From Mobula hypostoma (taxonomy: Eukaryota), in NCBI RefSeq assembly GCF_963921235.1, contig NC_086123.1:30194001-30258000 (forward strand): a stretch of DNA of 64,000 bases, in the 5' to 3' direction. The translations under genes and the position numbers were made by a program. Within the stretch, counting starts at the first letter, position 1; each line of letters opens with the position of its first letter. Under the pieces are notes generated by a model. That model ran no database searches. It was not told the DNA's origin and saw nothing but the letters and a program-made list of their open reading frames with translations. Shown piece after piece: positions 12,826 through 24,095 of this stretch.

Positions 12826-13702
12826 TTACAATTACACCATCACATTACAATTGACGGGATTGGCAAAAGGCCCTCCCTACTAAAAAAAACAGAACAAGTT
12901 CACACAAGTGAAACAATCAACTCAACCTCTTCCTGTTAGTCACACCAGCTTACCCTCTCCAAAGATGGCCTGATACATCTGTGATGGCATCAGCTAAAGA
13001 CCAGGTAATTTTCACAGCAAGGATCAAAAACACCATGTTCCTCAAATCATAAAGCAGTAGATCCTTCATCAAAATTCTGAATTAAGAAGGTTCAATTTGT
13101 AAATCCACAAGTTGGTATTTTTACTCTATTAATTTCCCATTTCGCCTTCAATACGTGCACATTTAACAGTGAACTAAGCACAACTATAAATTTGTAATTA
13201 AACGCAAAGCTGCTTGACACACACTGAAGAACTTTTAGAGACACCTTTTGGCATTGACAATATTCTAAATATTGTACCTTGACAATATTCTAAGCAAAGA
13301 CACTTTCCCCTCAATTCTTCATACTACTCATACTAACAGAATGTGCAGGGAAATATTACAAGTTGAAGATAAATCTTCTGAATCAACAAGTGGTCATTTT
13401 AAGTGGTGCTTAAGCCTCTTGAGATGTACCTGGATATACAATTCCTTTCATCAGGAATTCTGAAGCAGAAGACTGGCATTGGCCTAATGAATTTGTGAGA
13501 AGTATTGGCATGCGAAGAGTTAAGTAGATCATAATTATTTAAAAGGAAAGAACTCTCCTCCTCACACACTTAGCAGCAAGATAACATCCTGGGACTGACT
13601 AAAAAGTTCCCCGACAAGCACTATTATCTGCTGGCTGTTGACTGAAGCAACACTTGGAATGCTGACAGTACACAGAAATTCGGACTGCTACAACTCACTT
13701 AC

Positions 13703-13753
13703 CCAGAAATACTGAAAACTCCTGCGCAGCCATGGGCAATAATAGTAATCCAT
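13703..13753 (-). CDS. KIAA1671: Candidate alternative first coding exon of a short KIAA1671 isoform (MDYYYCPWLRRSFQYFW)
   Basis: Strong Kozak context gaggagATGG, 17 codons, canonical donor TGG|gtaagt in phase 0 (same phase as the giant exon donor), in a repeat-free island. It resembles an MDYYYCP- start I recall from short vertebrate KIAA1671 isoforms; not verified here. Confidence 0.7.
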
Positions 13754-14110
13754 CTCCTCTGATGAGAATATTTCTGTGTGTTTAAAAAAAATACAGTTCA
13801 AATAAGCTCACGAGGCCATGCTATCTGCCTGTTGATTTCCGAGTTAAAGTGAGCCCTGGGGCAGGTCGAGCTAAATTTCCCTGATGTCACTAACTAAACC
13901 TAGCAGCGTGTGCACACACACACTCACACTCTCAAAGTGGCTGCTGATCTGCAGTCTCGCCCCAGACTTAGCACTGTCAGAGTATCTGCCAGCTGACGGG
14001 GAGAGAGAGAGAGACACACACAGACAGATCAGTCACGTGACACACCAGCCAGGAAATAACTGCTGCCGTAATTGCTGCCTGGCTGTGCTTTCCAAACGAA
14101 GCGTCTTTTT
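13754..14110 (-). promoter_or_regulatory. Putative internal promoter / 5' UTR with palindromic E-box GTCACGTGAC (14032-14041)
   Basis: Transposon-free stretch directly upstream of the candidate ATG, with a perfect USF/MiT-TFE type site, a CAGGAA ETS-like site and CA/GA simple repeats. Confidence 0.5.
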
Positions 14111-16705
14111 TTTAAACTAGTCTTACTTTCAGCAGTCAATTGATGATCTACGACATCAAAGGAACAGAAGAAATATACAGTGGTCAATTGATGAGGTGAT
14201 CTACGACATCAATTTATCTATTTATTTACGGAGATTCAGCACAGAACAGGCCATTCCAGCCCTTTGGGCTGTGCTGCCCAGCAACCCCTGATTTCACCCT
14301 AGCCTAAACACAGGACAATTTACAACGACCAATTAACCTACCAACCGGTACGTCTTTGGACTGTGGGAGGAAACCGGGACACCCAGAGGAAACCCACGCG
14401 GTCACGGGGAGAAGGTTACAAATTCCTTACAGGCAGCGGTGGGAATTGAACCCGGGTTGCCTGGACAGTAAATCGCTGTGCTAACCACTACGCCACCGTG
14501 CTGTTAAGAAACATAAGAAATATGTAATGGTATATACAGTGGTCAATTGATGAGGGGTTCTACAACAGCACACAAACAAAAATTCTTCTCCTCAGTGTAT
14601 AGTAGGAGAACAGTGGAACAGATAAAGTCTCTGTGCCCCATGCCCCCCTCCCGCCTCAGCCACAAGGAGCTGTTTACCATATATGGTATTTTGACATAAA
14701 TTGGCAACAGCGCAAGAGAATGATACTTAATCACTCTTTTCCCCACGGTCCTGATACTGATTAGGACCAGGACATTTTTACAGCTAATGTACGAACTGTA
14801 TTTAAGACTTGTTTACGCTATTTATGTCATCTGTTGGGGTGAGAGGAAAGATAACTTAAATGTGGCTCCAGTTGTGACTTACTCTGATAATACGGTTCAA
14901 CCAAATTCTGGATGAAAACTCCGTTTCAATATATAGGGGGTGGCTGCCTAGAGGAGGTTAAAAGATTAATTAAGTCAGGATTCAGCCTGGGAACAATCAA
15001 CCTAGGTGCAAGGAACTGTTTAAAAAAAAATCAACATGCAACCAAAATGGTCGTATTGACAGGTGAAAGCATTGCATATAGAACCACCCAGTTCAGCCCT
15101 GACAATTGTCATCTCTCCATCTTCAAAAGGTTAACAGGCTTGTGTCTACCTTGCATGTTAAATAGCCTCTGCAGGGAAAATTCCCTCGCCCTCTCCTCTT
15201 ACCTCTTCTCCACTTGCCTATCACTTCCCCTGGGATCCCCTCCTCTTTCCCTTTCTCCTGTGGTCCACTTCCTCTCCTACCAGATTCCTTTCTCTCCAGC
15301 CTTTTACCTTTCCTACTCACCTGGCGTCAACTGCCAGCTATCCTCCTTCCGCTCCCCCTCACCTTTTATTTTGGCGTCTTCCCCCTTCCTTTGCAGGCCT
15401 GACTGTTTATTCATTTCCACAGATGCTGCCTGACCCGCTGAGTTCCTCCAGCATTTTGTGTCTGTTACTTTGGATTTCTAGCCTCTGCAGATTCTCTCGT
15501 GTTCATTATTTTCTGGAAATGAAGTTACTTTCAGGCCAAATATGCACTTCTTGAAACGTATTGACTGTTGTAATCAGGAATACTCCAGCCAAGTTGCATA
15601 CAAAAAGGCATCATTAACGTTATGACAAGAACATAATCTCTTTCAGTGATGTGGATTCAGGGATAAGTATTGCTCAGGATGTCAGATTCGTCATAGCTGT
15701 CACAAGATACCTCTGACCTGAAAAATGGAATCTCTTGCCGTGCAAAATTAGACTTCAGCCAAAGTGTCATCCTTTACTTTGTGCTGAAGTCCCCAATATA
15801 GGACTGGATGCTCAGCACGGGAAACCAGCAGGATGGATGTGTGCGGAGATTCCTGCTGCTGTGGGGCTGCAGGCTTCTTCTGCTGGGTAGGAATGGGGCA
15901 TTTCCATCTTCCTTCACTTCACTGGGAGCGCTGAGCAGTCTCACGGAGACAGCGAGTGCCACCGGCAGCTGCTCTTCCTGCGTCTGCTAACTATCCCATC
16001 ACAGTCGTTGCCCCACACTGTTTCTGCTCATTTCTGCCGCACGAACAGTTTGAGTTCAGAATCAGAATCAGGTTCATTATTACTAATACATATCATGAAG
16101 TGAGTTGTTTTGTGGCAGCAGTTCAATGCAATTCTATTTATTTATTGAGATACAGTGTGCAAAGGCCCTTTCACCCCTTCGAGGCACACCACCCAGCAAT
16201 CCACCAATTTAACCCTAGCCCAATCACGGTGCAATTTACAATGACCAATCAACCTACCAATCATACACCTCTGGACTGTGGGAGGAAACCGGAGCACCCG
16301 GAGGAAACCCATGGGGAGAACATACAAACTCCTTACAGGCAGTGGCAGGAATTGAACCCCGGTCCTGGTCGCCTGTACTGTAAAGCGTTGTGCTAACCAC
16401 TACGCTACCGTGCCGCCCCATTACAAACCAGAATAAATAAAAAGTACAATAGTGAAGGAACAGCGTTCATGAATTCATGGAGGGTTCAGAAATGTGATGG
16501 CGGTTGGCAAGCTGCTCCTAAAACATTGAGTGTGCTTCTTCAGGCTCCTGTACCTCCTCCCTGTTGGTACTAATGAGAAGTAGGTTTATCCCAGAGGGTG
16601 AGGGTCCTTAATAATGCATACCAACCGTCTTGAGGCTCTCCCTTTTGAAGATGTCCTCAATGTTACAATGGCTTGTTCCCATGATGGAGCTGGCTGAGTC
16701 TACAG

Positions 16706-16788
16706 CAGGGTTCCTCAACCTTTTTTTTATGCCATGGGCCAATACCATTAAGCAAGGGGTCCCATGAACCCCAGGTTGGGAACCCCTG
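16706..16788. mobile_element. About 80-bp hAT-type MITE
   Basis: TIRs cagggttcctcaacc / ggttgggaacccctg; homologous to 51141-51220 and 18205-18280. Confidence 0.7.
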
Positions 16789-18477
16789 ATCGGAAGCTCC
16801 TTTCAATCCTGTGCACTGGAGCCTCCATGGCAGAATGTCCTCCACAGAACACCCAGAGAAAGTTGCAGATGTTTTTGGTGACATACCAAATCTCCCCAAA
16901 CCGCTGGCGAGCTTTCTTCGTGATTGCATCAATATGTTGGGCCCAGGATGGATCCTCTGAGATGCGGACACACAGCAGTGTGAAGCTGCTCACCCTTACC
17001 ACTGCTGTTCACCTCCACCGCCACCCACTTGGACAGGTTGCAAACAGTTCTCAGGAACGGAATGCTGCCGTGACCGGGAGACATCTGCACGCACATACCG
17101 TACATAAACTGATAATTGCGCCTGCTGAGTAAGATTGTGGTCACATGCTAAAACAGAGAGATATGTGAGATGCCATCTGCCGGCTAACCTTCACTGCCTG
17201 TGACTTGAGTGTAGATTGAGCAGATCCCACAAAGATTAAGAGAAGGAAACATTTTGAAATGAGCAATGAACTATTTCACAACTCCAGACCCAACAAAAGC
17301 TCCCAGTATTCTTGAGAATCCATTTCCTCTTCCTGTATTTTAAGTACTTCAGTATTACTTTCAAATTTATCCAGTATAATGTTCAATTAGTAACAATAGA
17401 AAAGTAGTGGCTTTTCCTTGCTATAACCACCTCCTTTTCATCAGGGGGACCTCATAACAGCCTCTCTAAACACACATAGGCACCGGTTCAGATGACACTT
17501 TCATCCAAGCGAGACACTGTGAGGATATTCTCAACACTTGCACCATGATGGATGCTAACACTGGGCAGAAGATGCCTCAGTCCACTGGTGAGGTACCAAC
17601 AATACCATATCTGCACATTCCCCTTGAGACAGCGACAAAGCTGAACCGTATCGGATCGATTGCAAAAATGTGGCAAGCGTGCCTGCAGCCGATTGATCAC
17701 GCAGTGAATCGATTCGGCCTCCTACACGTAGAGCCCTCTCTTCTTTGCGCGGGCTGTCAAGTGCACATTTTCACCTTAGCAGGCCCGGCTCATAGCTCCC
17801 GCACCCCAGGTTGCCCAACATGACTCAGCAAGAACGTTTAATCCGTTGTCATTCTTGCTCCACGCAAGCGTAACAAAAGTGACCAGAGAAAACAATTCAA
17901 TCAGGTTTGCAAAAACTCCTCGGGGAAGAAAAATGACTCATCAGAATCACTTGTCTCATCAGTGTGAAAGATTGAGATGAAGCACTCAGAGTCTCTTCGT
18001 TAGGAGCATAGCTTCAACAGAAGGGTGGCACCTACCTTGCCACCCATTCAGAGGGGCACTCCCTACCCCATTTCAGGCAGCATATCACACTGGTCTCATC
18101 TACTACTTCAGACCCAAGAGAAATGAAATGGAAACAGGTCGCCCCCTAGCCCAAGGGGATGCCTATGAAGAAGATGCTTCTCGAGTTTCTTTAGATTACT
18201 GATACAGGACCAAACCTGGGGTCTATGGACCACTCTGTTAATGGTAGGGGTCCACGGCATAAAAAGACTGGGAACTCCCGCTTTAGCCTAACATTTGAAA
18301 TCTGCTTCCCATAGTCCTTCAACCATCTGCCGATGGGAACAGCTTTGATAAAATAACTAAACCAATCACAGTCAAGCCTCCTCACTATTTTCCTTATTCC
18401 AAGGACAGAAACACCAGCTTCTTCAAGTCTCACTGGAAAACTGAAATTACCACCCTTGGAGCCATGCTAATAAACTA

Positions 18478-20840
18478 GAGGGGATGCAGTATTGGATCTC
18501 GTATTAGGAAACGAGTTAGGACAAGTGACGGAAGTGTGTGTAGGGGAGCACTTTGGTTCTAGTGATCATAACACCATTAGTTTCAACTTGATCATGGATA
18601 AAGATAGATCTGGTCCTCGAGTTGAGGTTCTAAACTGGAAGAAGGCCAAATCTGAAGAAATGAGAAAGGATCTAAAAAGCGTGAATTGGGACAGGTTGTT
18701 CTCTGGCAAGGATGTGATCGGTAAGTGGGAAACCTTCAAAGGAGAAATTTTGAGAGTGCAGAGCTTGTATGTTCCTGTCAGGATTAAAGGCAAAGTGAAT
18801 AGGAATAAGGAACATTGGTTCTCAAGGGATATTGCAACTCTGATAAAGAAGAATAGAGAGTTGTATGACATGTATAGGAAACAGGGAGTAAATAAGGTGC
18901 TTGAGGAGTATAAAAAGTGCAAGAAAATACTTAAGAAGGAAATCAGGAGGGCAAAAAGAAGACATGAGGTTGCCTTGGCAGTCAAAGTGAAGGATAATCC
19001 AAAGAGTTTTTACAGGTATATTAAGAGTAAAAGGATTGTAAGGGATAAAATTGGTCCTCTTGAAGATCAGAGTGGTCAGCTATGTGCGGAACCAAAAGAA
19101 ATGGGGGAGATCTTAAATGGGTTTTTTGCGTCTGTATTTGCTAAGGAAACTGGCATGAAGTCTATGGAATTAAGGGAAACAAGTAGTGAGATCATGGAAA
19201 CTGTACAGATTGAAAAGGAGGAGGTGCTTGCTACCTTGAGGCAAATTAAAGTGGATAAATCCCCAGGACCTGACAGGGTATTCCCTCGGACCTTGAAGGA
19301 CACTAGTATTGAAATTGCAGGGGCCCTGGCAGATGTATTTAAAATGTCGGTGTCTATGGGTGAGGTGCCGGAAGATTGGAGAATGGCTCATGTTGTTCCG
19401 TTGTTTGAAAAAGGATCGAAAGTAATCCGGGAAATTATAGGCCGGTAAATTTAACATCGGTAGTGGGTAAGCTGTTGGAAGGAGTACTGAGAGACAGAAT
19501 CTACAAGCATTTGGATAGACAGGGACTTATTAGGGAGAGTCAACATGGCTTTGTGCGTGGTAGGTCATGTTTGACCAATCTATTGGAGTTTTTCGAGGAG
19601 GTTACCAGGAAAGTGGATGAAGGGAAGGCAGTGGATGTTGTCTACATGGACTTCAGTAAGGCCTTTGACAAGGTCCCGCATGGGAGGTTAGTTAGGAAAA
19701 TTCAGTCGCTAGGTATACATGGAGAGGTGGTAAATTGGATTAGACATTGGCTCAATGGAAGAAGCCAAAGAGTGGTAGTAGAGGATTGCTTCTCAGAATG
19801 GAGGCCTGTGACTAGTGGTGTGCCACAGAGATCAGTGCTGGGTCCATTGTTATTTGTCATCTATATCAATGATCTAGATGATAATGTGGTAAATTGGATC
19901 AGCAAATTTGCTGATGATACAAAGACTGGAGGTGTAGTGGACAGTGAGGAAGGTTTTCAAAGCTTGCAGAGGGATTTGGACCAGCTGGAAAAATGGACTG
20001 AAAAATGGCAGATGGAGTTTAATACAGACAAGTGTGAGGTATTGCACTTTGCAAGGACAAACCAAGGTAGAACACACAAGGTAAATGGTAAGGCACTGAG
20101 GAGTGCAATAGAATAGAGGGATCTGGGAATACAGATACAAAATTCCCTAAAAGTAGCGTCACAGGTAGATAGGGTCATAAAGAGAGCTTTTGGTACATTG
20201 GCCTTTATTAATCAAAGTATTGAGTATAAGAGCTGGAATGTTATGATGAGGTTGTATAAGGCATTGCTGAGGCCGAATCTGGAGTATTGTGTTCAGTTTT
20301 GGTCACCAAATTACAGGAAGGATATTAATAAGGTTGAAAGAGTGCAGAGAAGGTTTTCAAGGATGTTGCCGGGACTTGAAAAACTCAGTTACAGAGAAAG
20401 GTTGAATAGGTTAGGACTTTATTCCCTGGAGCGTAGAAGAATGAGGGGAGATTTGATAGAGGTATATAAAATTATGATGGGTATAGATAGAGTGAATGCA
20501 AGCAGGCTTTTTCCACTGAGGCAAGGGGAGAAAAAAAACCAGAGGACATGGGTTAAGGGTGAAGGGGGAAAAGTTTAAAGGGAACATTGCGGGGGGGGGG
20601 CTTCTTCACACAGAGAGTGGTGGGAGTATGGAATGAGCTGCCAGATGAGGTGGTAAATGCGGGTTCTTTTTTAACATTTGAGAATAAATTGGACAGATAA
20701 TGGATGGGAGGTGTATGGAGGGATATGGTCCGTGTGCAGGTCAGTGGGACTAGGCATACATGCAGAAAATGGTTCGGCACAGCCAAGAAGGGCCAAAAGG
20801 CCTGTTTCTGTGCTGTAGTTTTTCTATGGTTTCTATGTTT
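18478..20840 (+). mobile_element. Relatively young 5'-truncated CR1 LINE (ORF2 RT domain, disrupted)
   Basis: ORFs 18492-19448, 19463-20116 and 20198-20578 with KSPGPD, QHGF, YMDFSKAFD, FADDTK and QFWSP; tail tttctatggtttctatgtttc. Confidence 0.95.
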
Positions 20841-22641
20841 CCTGCAACCTCTCTCTGGCCTTCTTTCTAATACTCTCTCCTCTGCGGTTACCAGAACTGG
20901 ATACAAATCTTCAATGCAACAACAAATGTAATCTGGATATGTAACCCATAGATGCACCGTCCAGTAAATGTCTGCTAAACAACAGACGACTTAACAATAC
21001 GTAGGCAAATATATCACTACATATTGCATCTATATTCAAAGAAATGCTGCAAATTTCAAGGGGACAAATTTTGCAAATATGAAACACAGTATATAGTGTA
21101 TGAACACTAAAGGATATGTGCTTTGCCATGTGTGAAGAAACTCAAATTAGTGTAAGAAAAAAAATTGTTGTGTTTTTTTTACACACAGTTTCACCATCCA
21201 GCAATCCTTGGTCAAATTGATCAGATTCAAACTGAGGAGTAATCCTTTTCCATTGTCCCTACACATCCAGTTTTAGAAATAGAAATACACTTAGCCTGTT
21301 GAAGATGTGCAATAAATTTTCATCTACTATAAAATCATTGAAGTTGGAATAAAAACAGTAAAGTTCAGCCCGCCAGAGCCTACGGAAAGAAAAACAGAAT
21401 AAATGGGGAATAACCCTTCGTCAGAACTGGGAAAGTTTCAATTTCCAAATCTCATGAAGGGTTGTTGACATGAAATACTTATCTCTCCAAAGATGCTGTA
21501 TGGCCCCTTTCCAGTTTCTATTTTTATTTCATATTTCCAGTTTATCTTGTTTTTTTAATTGATTATCGGAACATGAGTTTTCATTCGGGTCCTTGGGCCC
21601 CACAGCCAGGTCACAGCCAATGTGCAATAACAACGCATCTTTTATTTTTCAATGACCTGCCTCTTGCCTCGAGAAGAAGTGCACAAGTGTTTTAAAGTAG
21701 TCAGCATTTAAAGTATCTCAAAGCAGACAGCAAGGTAATGCAGCGGTTAGCATGATGCTTTCATGTGCCGCGGCTGTCTCTACGGCGTTTGTACGTTCTC
21801 TCTGTGACCTTGTGGGTAGCCGCCAGATGCTCCAGTTTCCTCCCACATTCCAAAGGCATACAGGTTAGGGTTAATAAGTTGTGGGCATGCCAGGTAGGCA
21901 CAGGGAGCATGGCTGCCCACGCTCTGTCCTCAGAATGCATTGGTAGTTGATGCAAACAATGCATTTCACCCCATGTTTCAATGTACATGTAATAAATAAA
22001 AATAATCTTCATTCTTTAAAGTCAAAGGAGAATTTTTGACACCTCAACCAATGAAAAGGAGTTTCTCCTCATTTACTCAGTTAGTTCTCCTTAATATCCT
22101 CCATCAGATAACACCAGGAGACTTCCTCAAAACCATCTCAATTAGAGAGATACAATCTTGTTTGGAGCCAGAGCAGTCTGCAGTTGAACTGCATTGGACA
22201 GCATTCATCATCATCATCAACACCGTCATGTGCCATGCCGTACCATGTGAGTGATCATGATCTTTCACCACGATTGTTCTTGGCAAATTTTTCGACAGGA
22301 GTGGTTTGCCATTGCCTTCTTCTGGGCAGTGTCTTTACAAGATGGGTGATCCCAGCCATTATCAATACCCTTTAGGGATTGTCTGCCTGGCGTCGGTGGT
22401 CGCAGAACCAGAACTTGTGATACGCACCAGCTGCCCATATGATCATCCACTATCTACTCCCATGGATTCACGTGACCCCTGATCTGGGGGGGGGGGGGAG
22501 ACACTTTTCCACACAGGTGCTACACTTTGCCCAAGGGTCAGGCTAGAGGAGGGAAGGAGTGCCTTACACCTCCTTTGGTATAGACATATCTCCACTCTGA
22601 CACCCAGTATTACACTCTCCAAAATAAAAGGTGTAAAATAT

Positions 22642-22807
22642 CAAACAACTGGAATTCTGCAGATGCTGGAAATTCAAGCAACACACATCAAAGTTGCTGG
22701 TGAACGCAGTCCTGACGAAGGGTCTCGGCTTGAAACGTCGACCGCACCTCTTCCTAGAGATGCTGCCTGGCCTGCTGCGTTCACCAGCAGCTTTGATGTG
22801 TGTTGGT
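22642..22807. mobile_element. Palindromic Penelope-derived mini-insertion, family A, copy 1
   Basis: 31-bp inverted arms (22679-22709 / 22775-22805); 12-bp TSD ggtgtaaaatat (22630-22641 / 22808-22819). Confidence 0.85.
22706..22745 (+). ncRNA. Type I minimal hammerhead ribozyme motif (core intact)
   Basis: gcagtc-CTGACGA-agggtctcggctt-GAAAC-GTC-gaccgc: stem I strands flank the CUGANGA and GAAA core boxes, with a short stem II, a loopless palindromic stem III (ACGT) and a GUC cleavage triplet. Confidence 0.7.
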
Positions 22808-23749
22808 GGTGTAAAATATGCTTAGTATAATAATTCTGGCTAATATTAAGTTTTTATATGTTTTTAAATATTTATCGAGGAATGCTTGAAGGCTTGATCT
22901 TTCTGTTTTTTTTAATCTGGACTCTCATTAACTGGAATGATCGGCAATTCCTGACTTGCTGCAGAAACAAGGTGAAATCCTGATGCCTCATGAGCGTCTC
23001 TGCATGTTTTCACATTTGCACTGAGATCAAGTGCGGGCAAATCATCATGTACCAAAGAGATCAATTAAATATTTACCGGTTCTCATGTGCAGAAAGAAGA
23101 CCAGAAGTGACACAAGTTCCCACTCAAAAATTATTAAAGTAAATGACTGCAGGTTCATCAGAAATTTATAAGAGCTATGACTGTACAGACAAGTACTGTA
23201 ACAGTATATGGAAACGTCACATTAATCAGTAATGGACTCAAGACTGAAGTTTTTACAAGAAAATGGCTATATCACAAATGTGATTTATTGGTTGATAAGC
23301 TAATGAAAGAAGGTGATGGGTTTTAAAAGGATATATCAATCATATAATGAACATACAAAGACAAAACGGATCAGTGAGTTCAAATAAACACTCACTTCAT
23401 CCGTGAACCCACACACAATAGACCTTTACCATATTCAGAATGATATAGGATAATGATAAATGCTGTGGATGGGAACCAGAGTCACAGAGAGTCACTGTAG
23501 ACCAAGTGGCTACAATTATGGTACACGATGTTCAGTAGAGAGACGAACAAAGCCACTGAATTGGAACTGAGAGGGAGCCAAGGTACATGGGGTTCTCTGC
23601 ACAAAGATCACAAGAAGCTGGTAGACAAGTACAAAGGTGAGAATTCAAGTCTGCATTTTTATTTCAGGGAGCTGGAATGCAAGAGGGAGGAACCAATCCT
23701 TCAATCATACTACGCCTTAGACCCTATTTGGAACAGAGTGGTTTTTAAT

Positions 23750-24095
23750 ACCACATTCAGGAGCTTGAAGACTCGTACGGCCAGATTTGGGAACAGCTTC
23801 TTTCCAACTGTGATTAGACCGCTGAACGGATCCTGACCCGAATCTGGGCCGTACCCTCCAAATATCTGGACCTGCCTGTCGTTTTTTTTGCACTACCTTA
23901 CTTCTCATTTTTCTATTTTCTATTTATGATTTATAGTTTAAATTTTTAATATTTACTAATTTTTACTATTTTTAATATTTAATATTTGTAATCCAGGGAG
24001 TGTGAAGCACAGAATCAAATATCGCTGCGATGATTGTACGTTCTAGTACCAATTCTTTGGCAACAATAAAGTATAAAGTTTAAGTATGAAGTATG
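23750..24095 (+). mobile_element. LINE 3' tail fragment (Rex1/Babar-like)
   Basis: Encodes RSLKTRTARFGNSFFPTVIRPLN, followed by an AT-rich tail and (aagtat)-like terminal repeats. Confidence 0.6.

Noticed and set aside
12954-13000. Possible extra exon ending at a GTAAGC donor
   Set aside because: The upstream ATG frame ends in phase 1 and there is no recognisable peptide or clear acceptor.
1-13600. C-terminal KIAA1671 exons
   Set aside because: I could not find them by eye. They probably lie beyond the left edge, though the N gap cannot be excluded.
15774-16040. GC-rich stretch with short ORFs on both strands
   Set aside because: No convincing splice sites or similarity to the KIAA1671 C-terminus.
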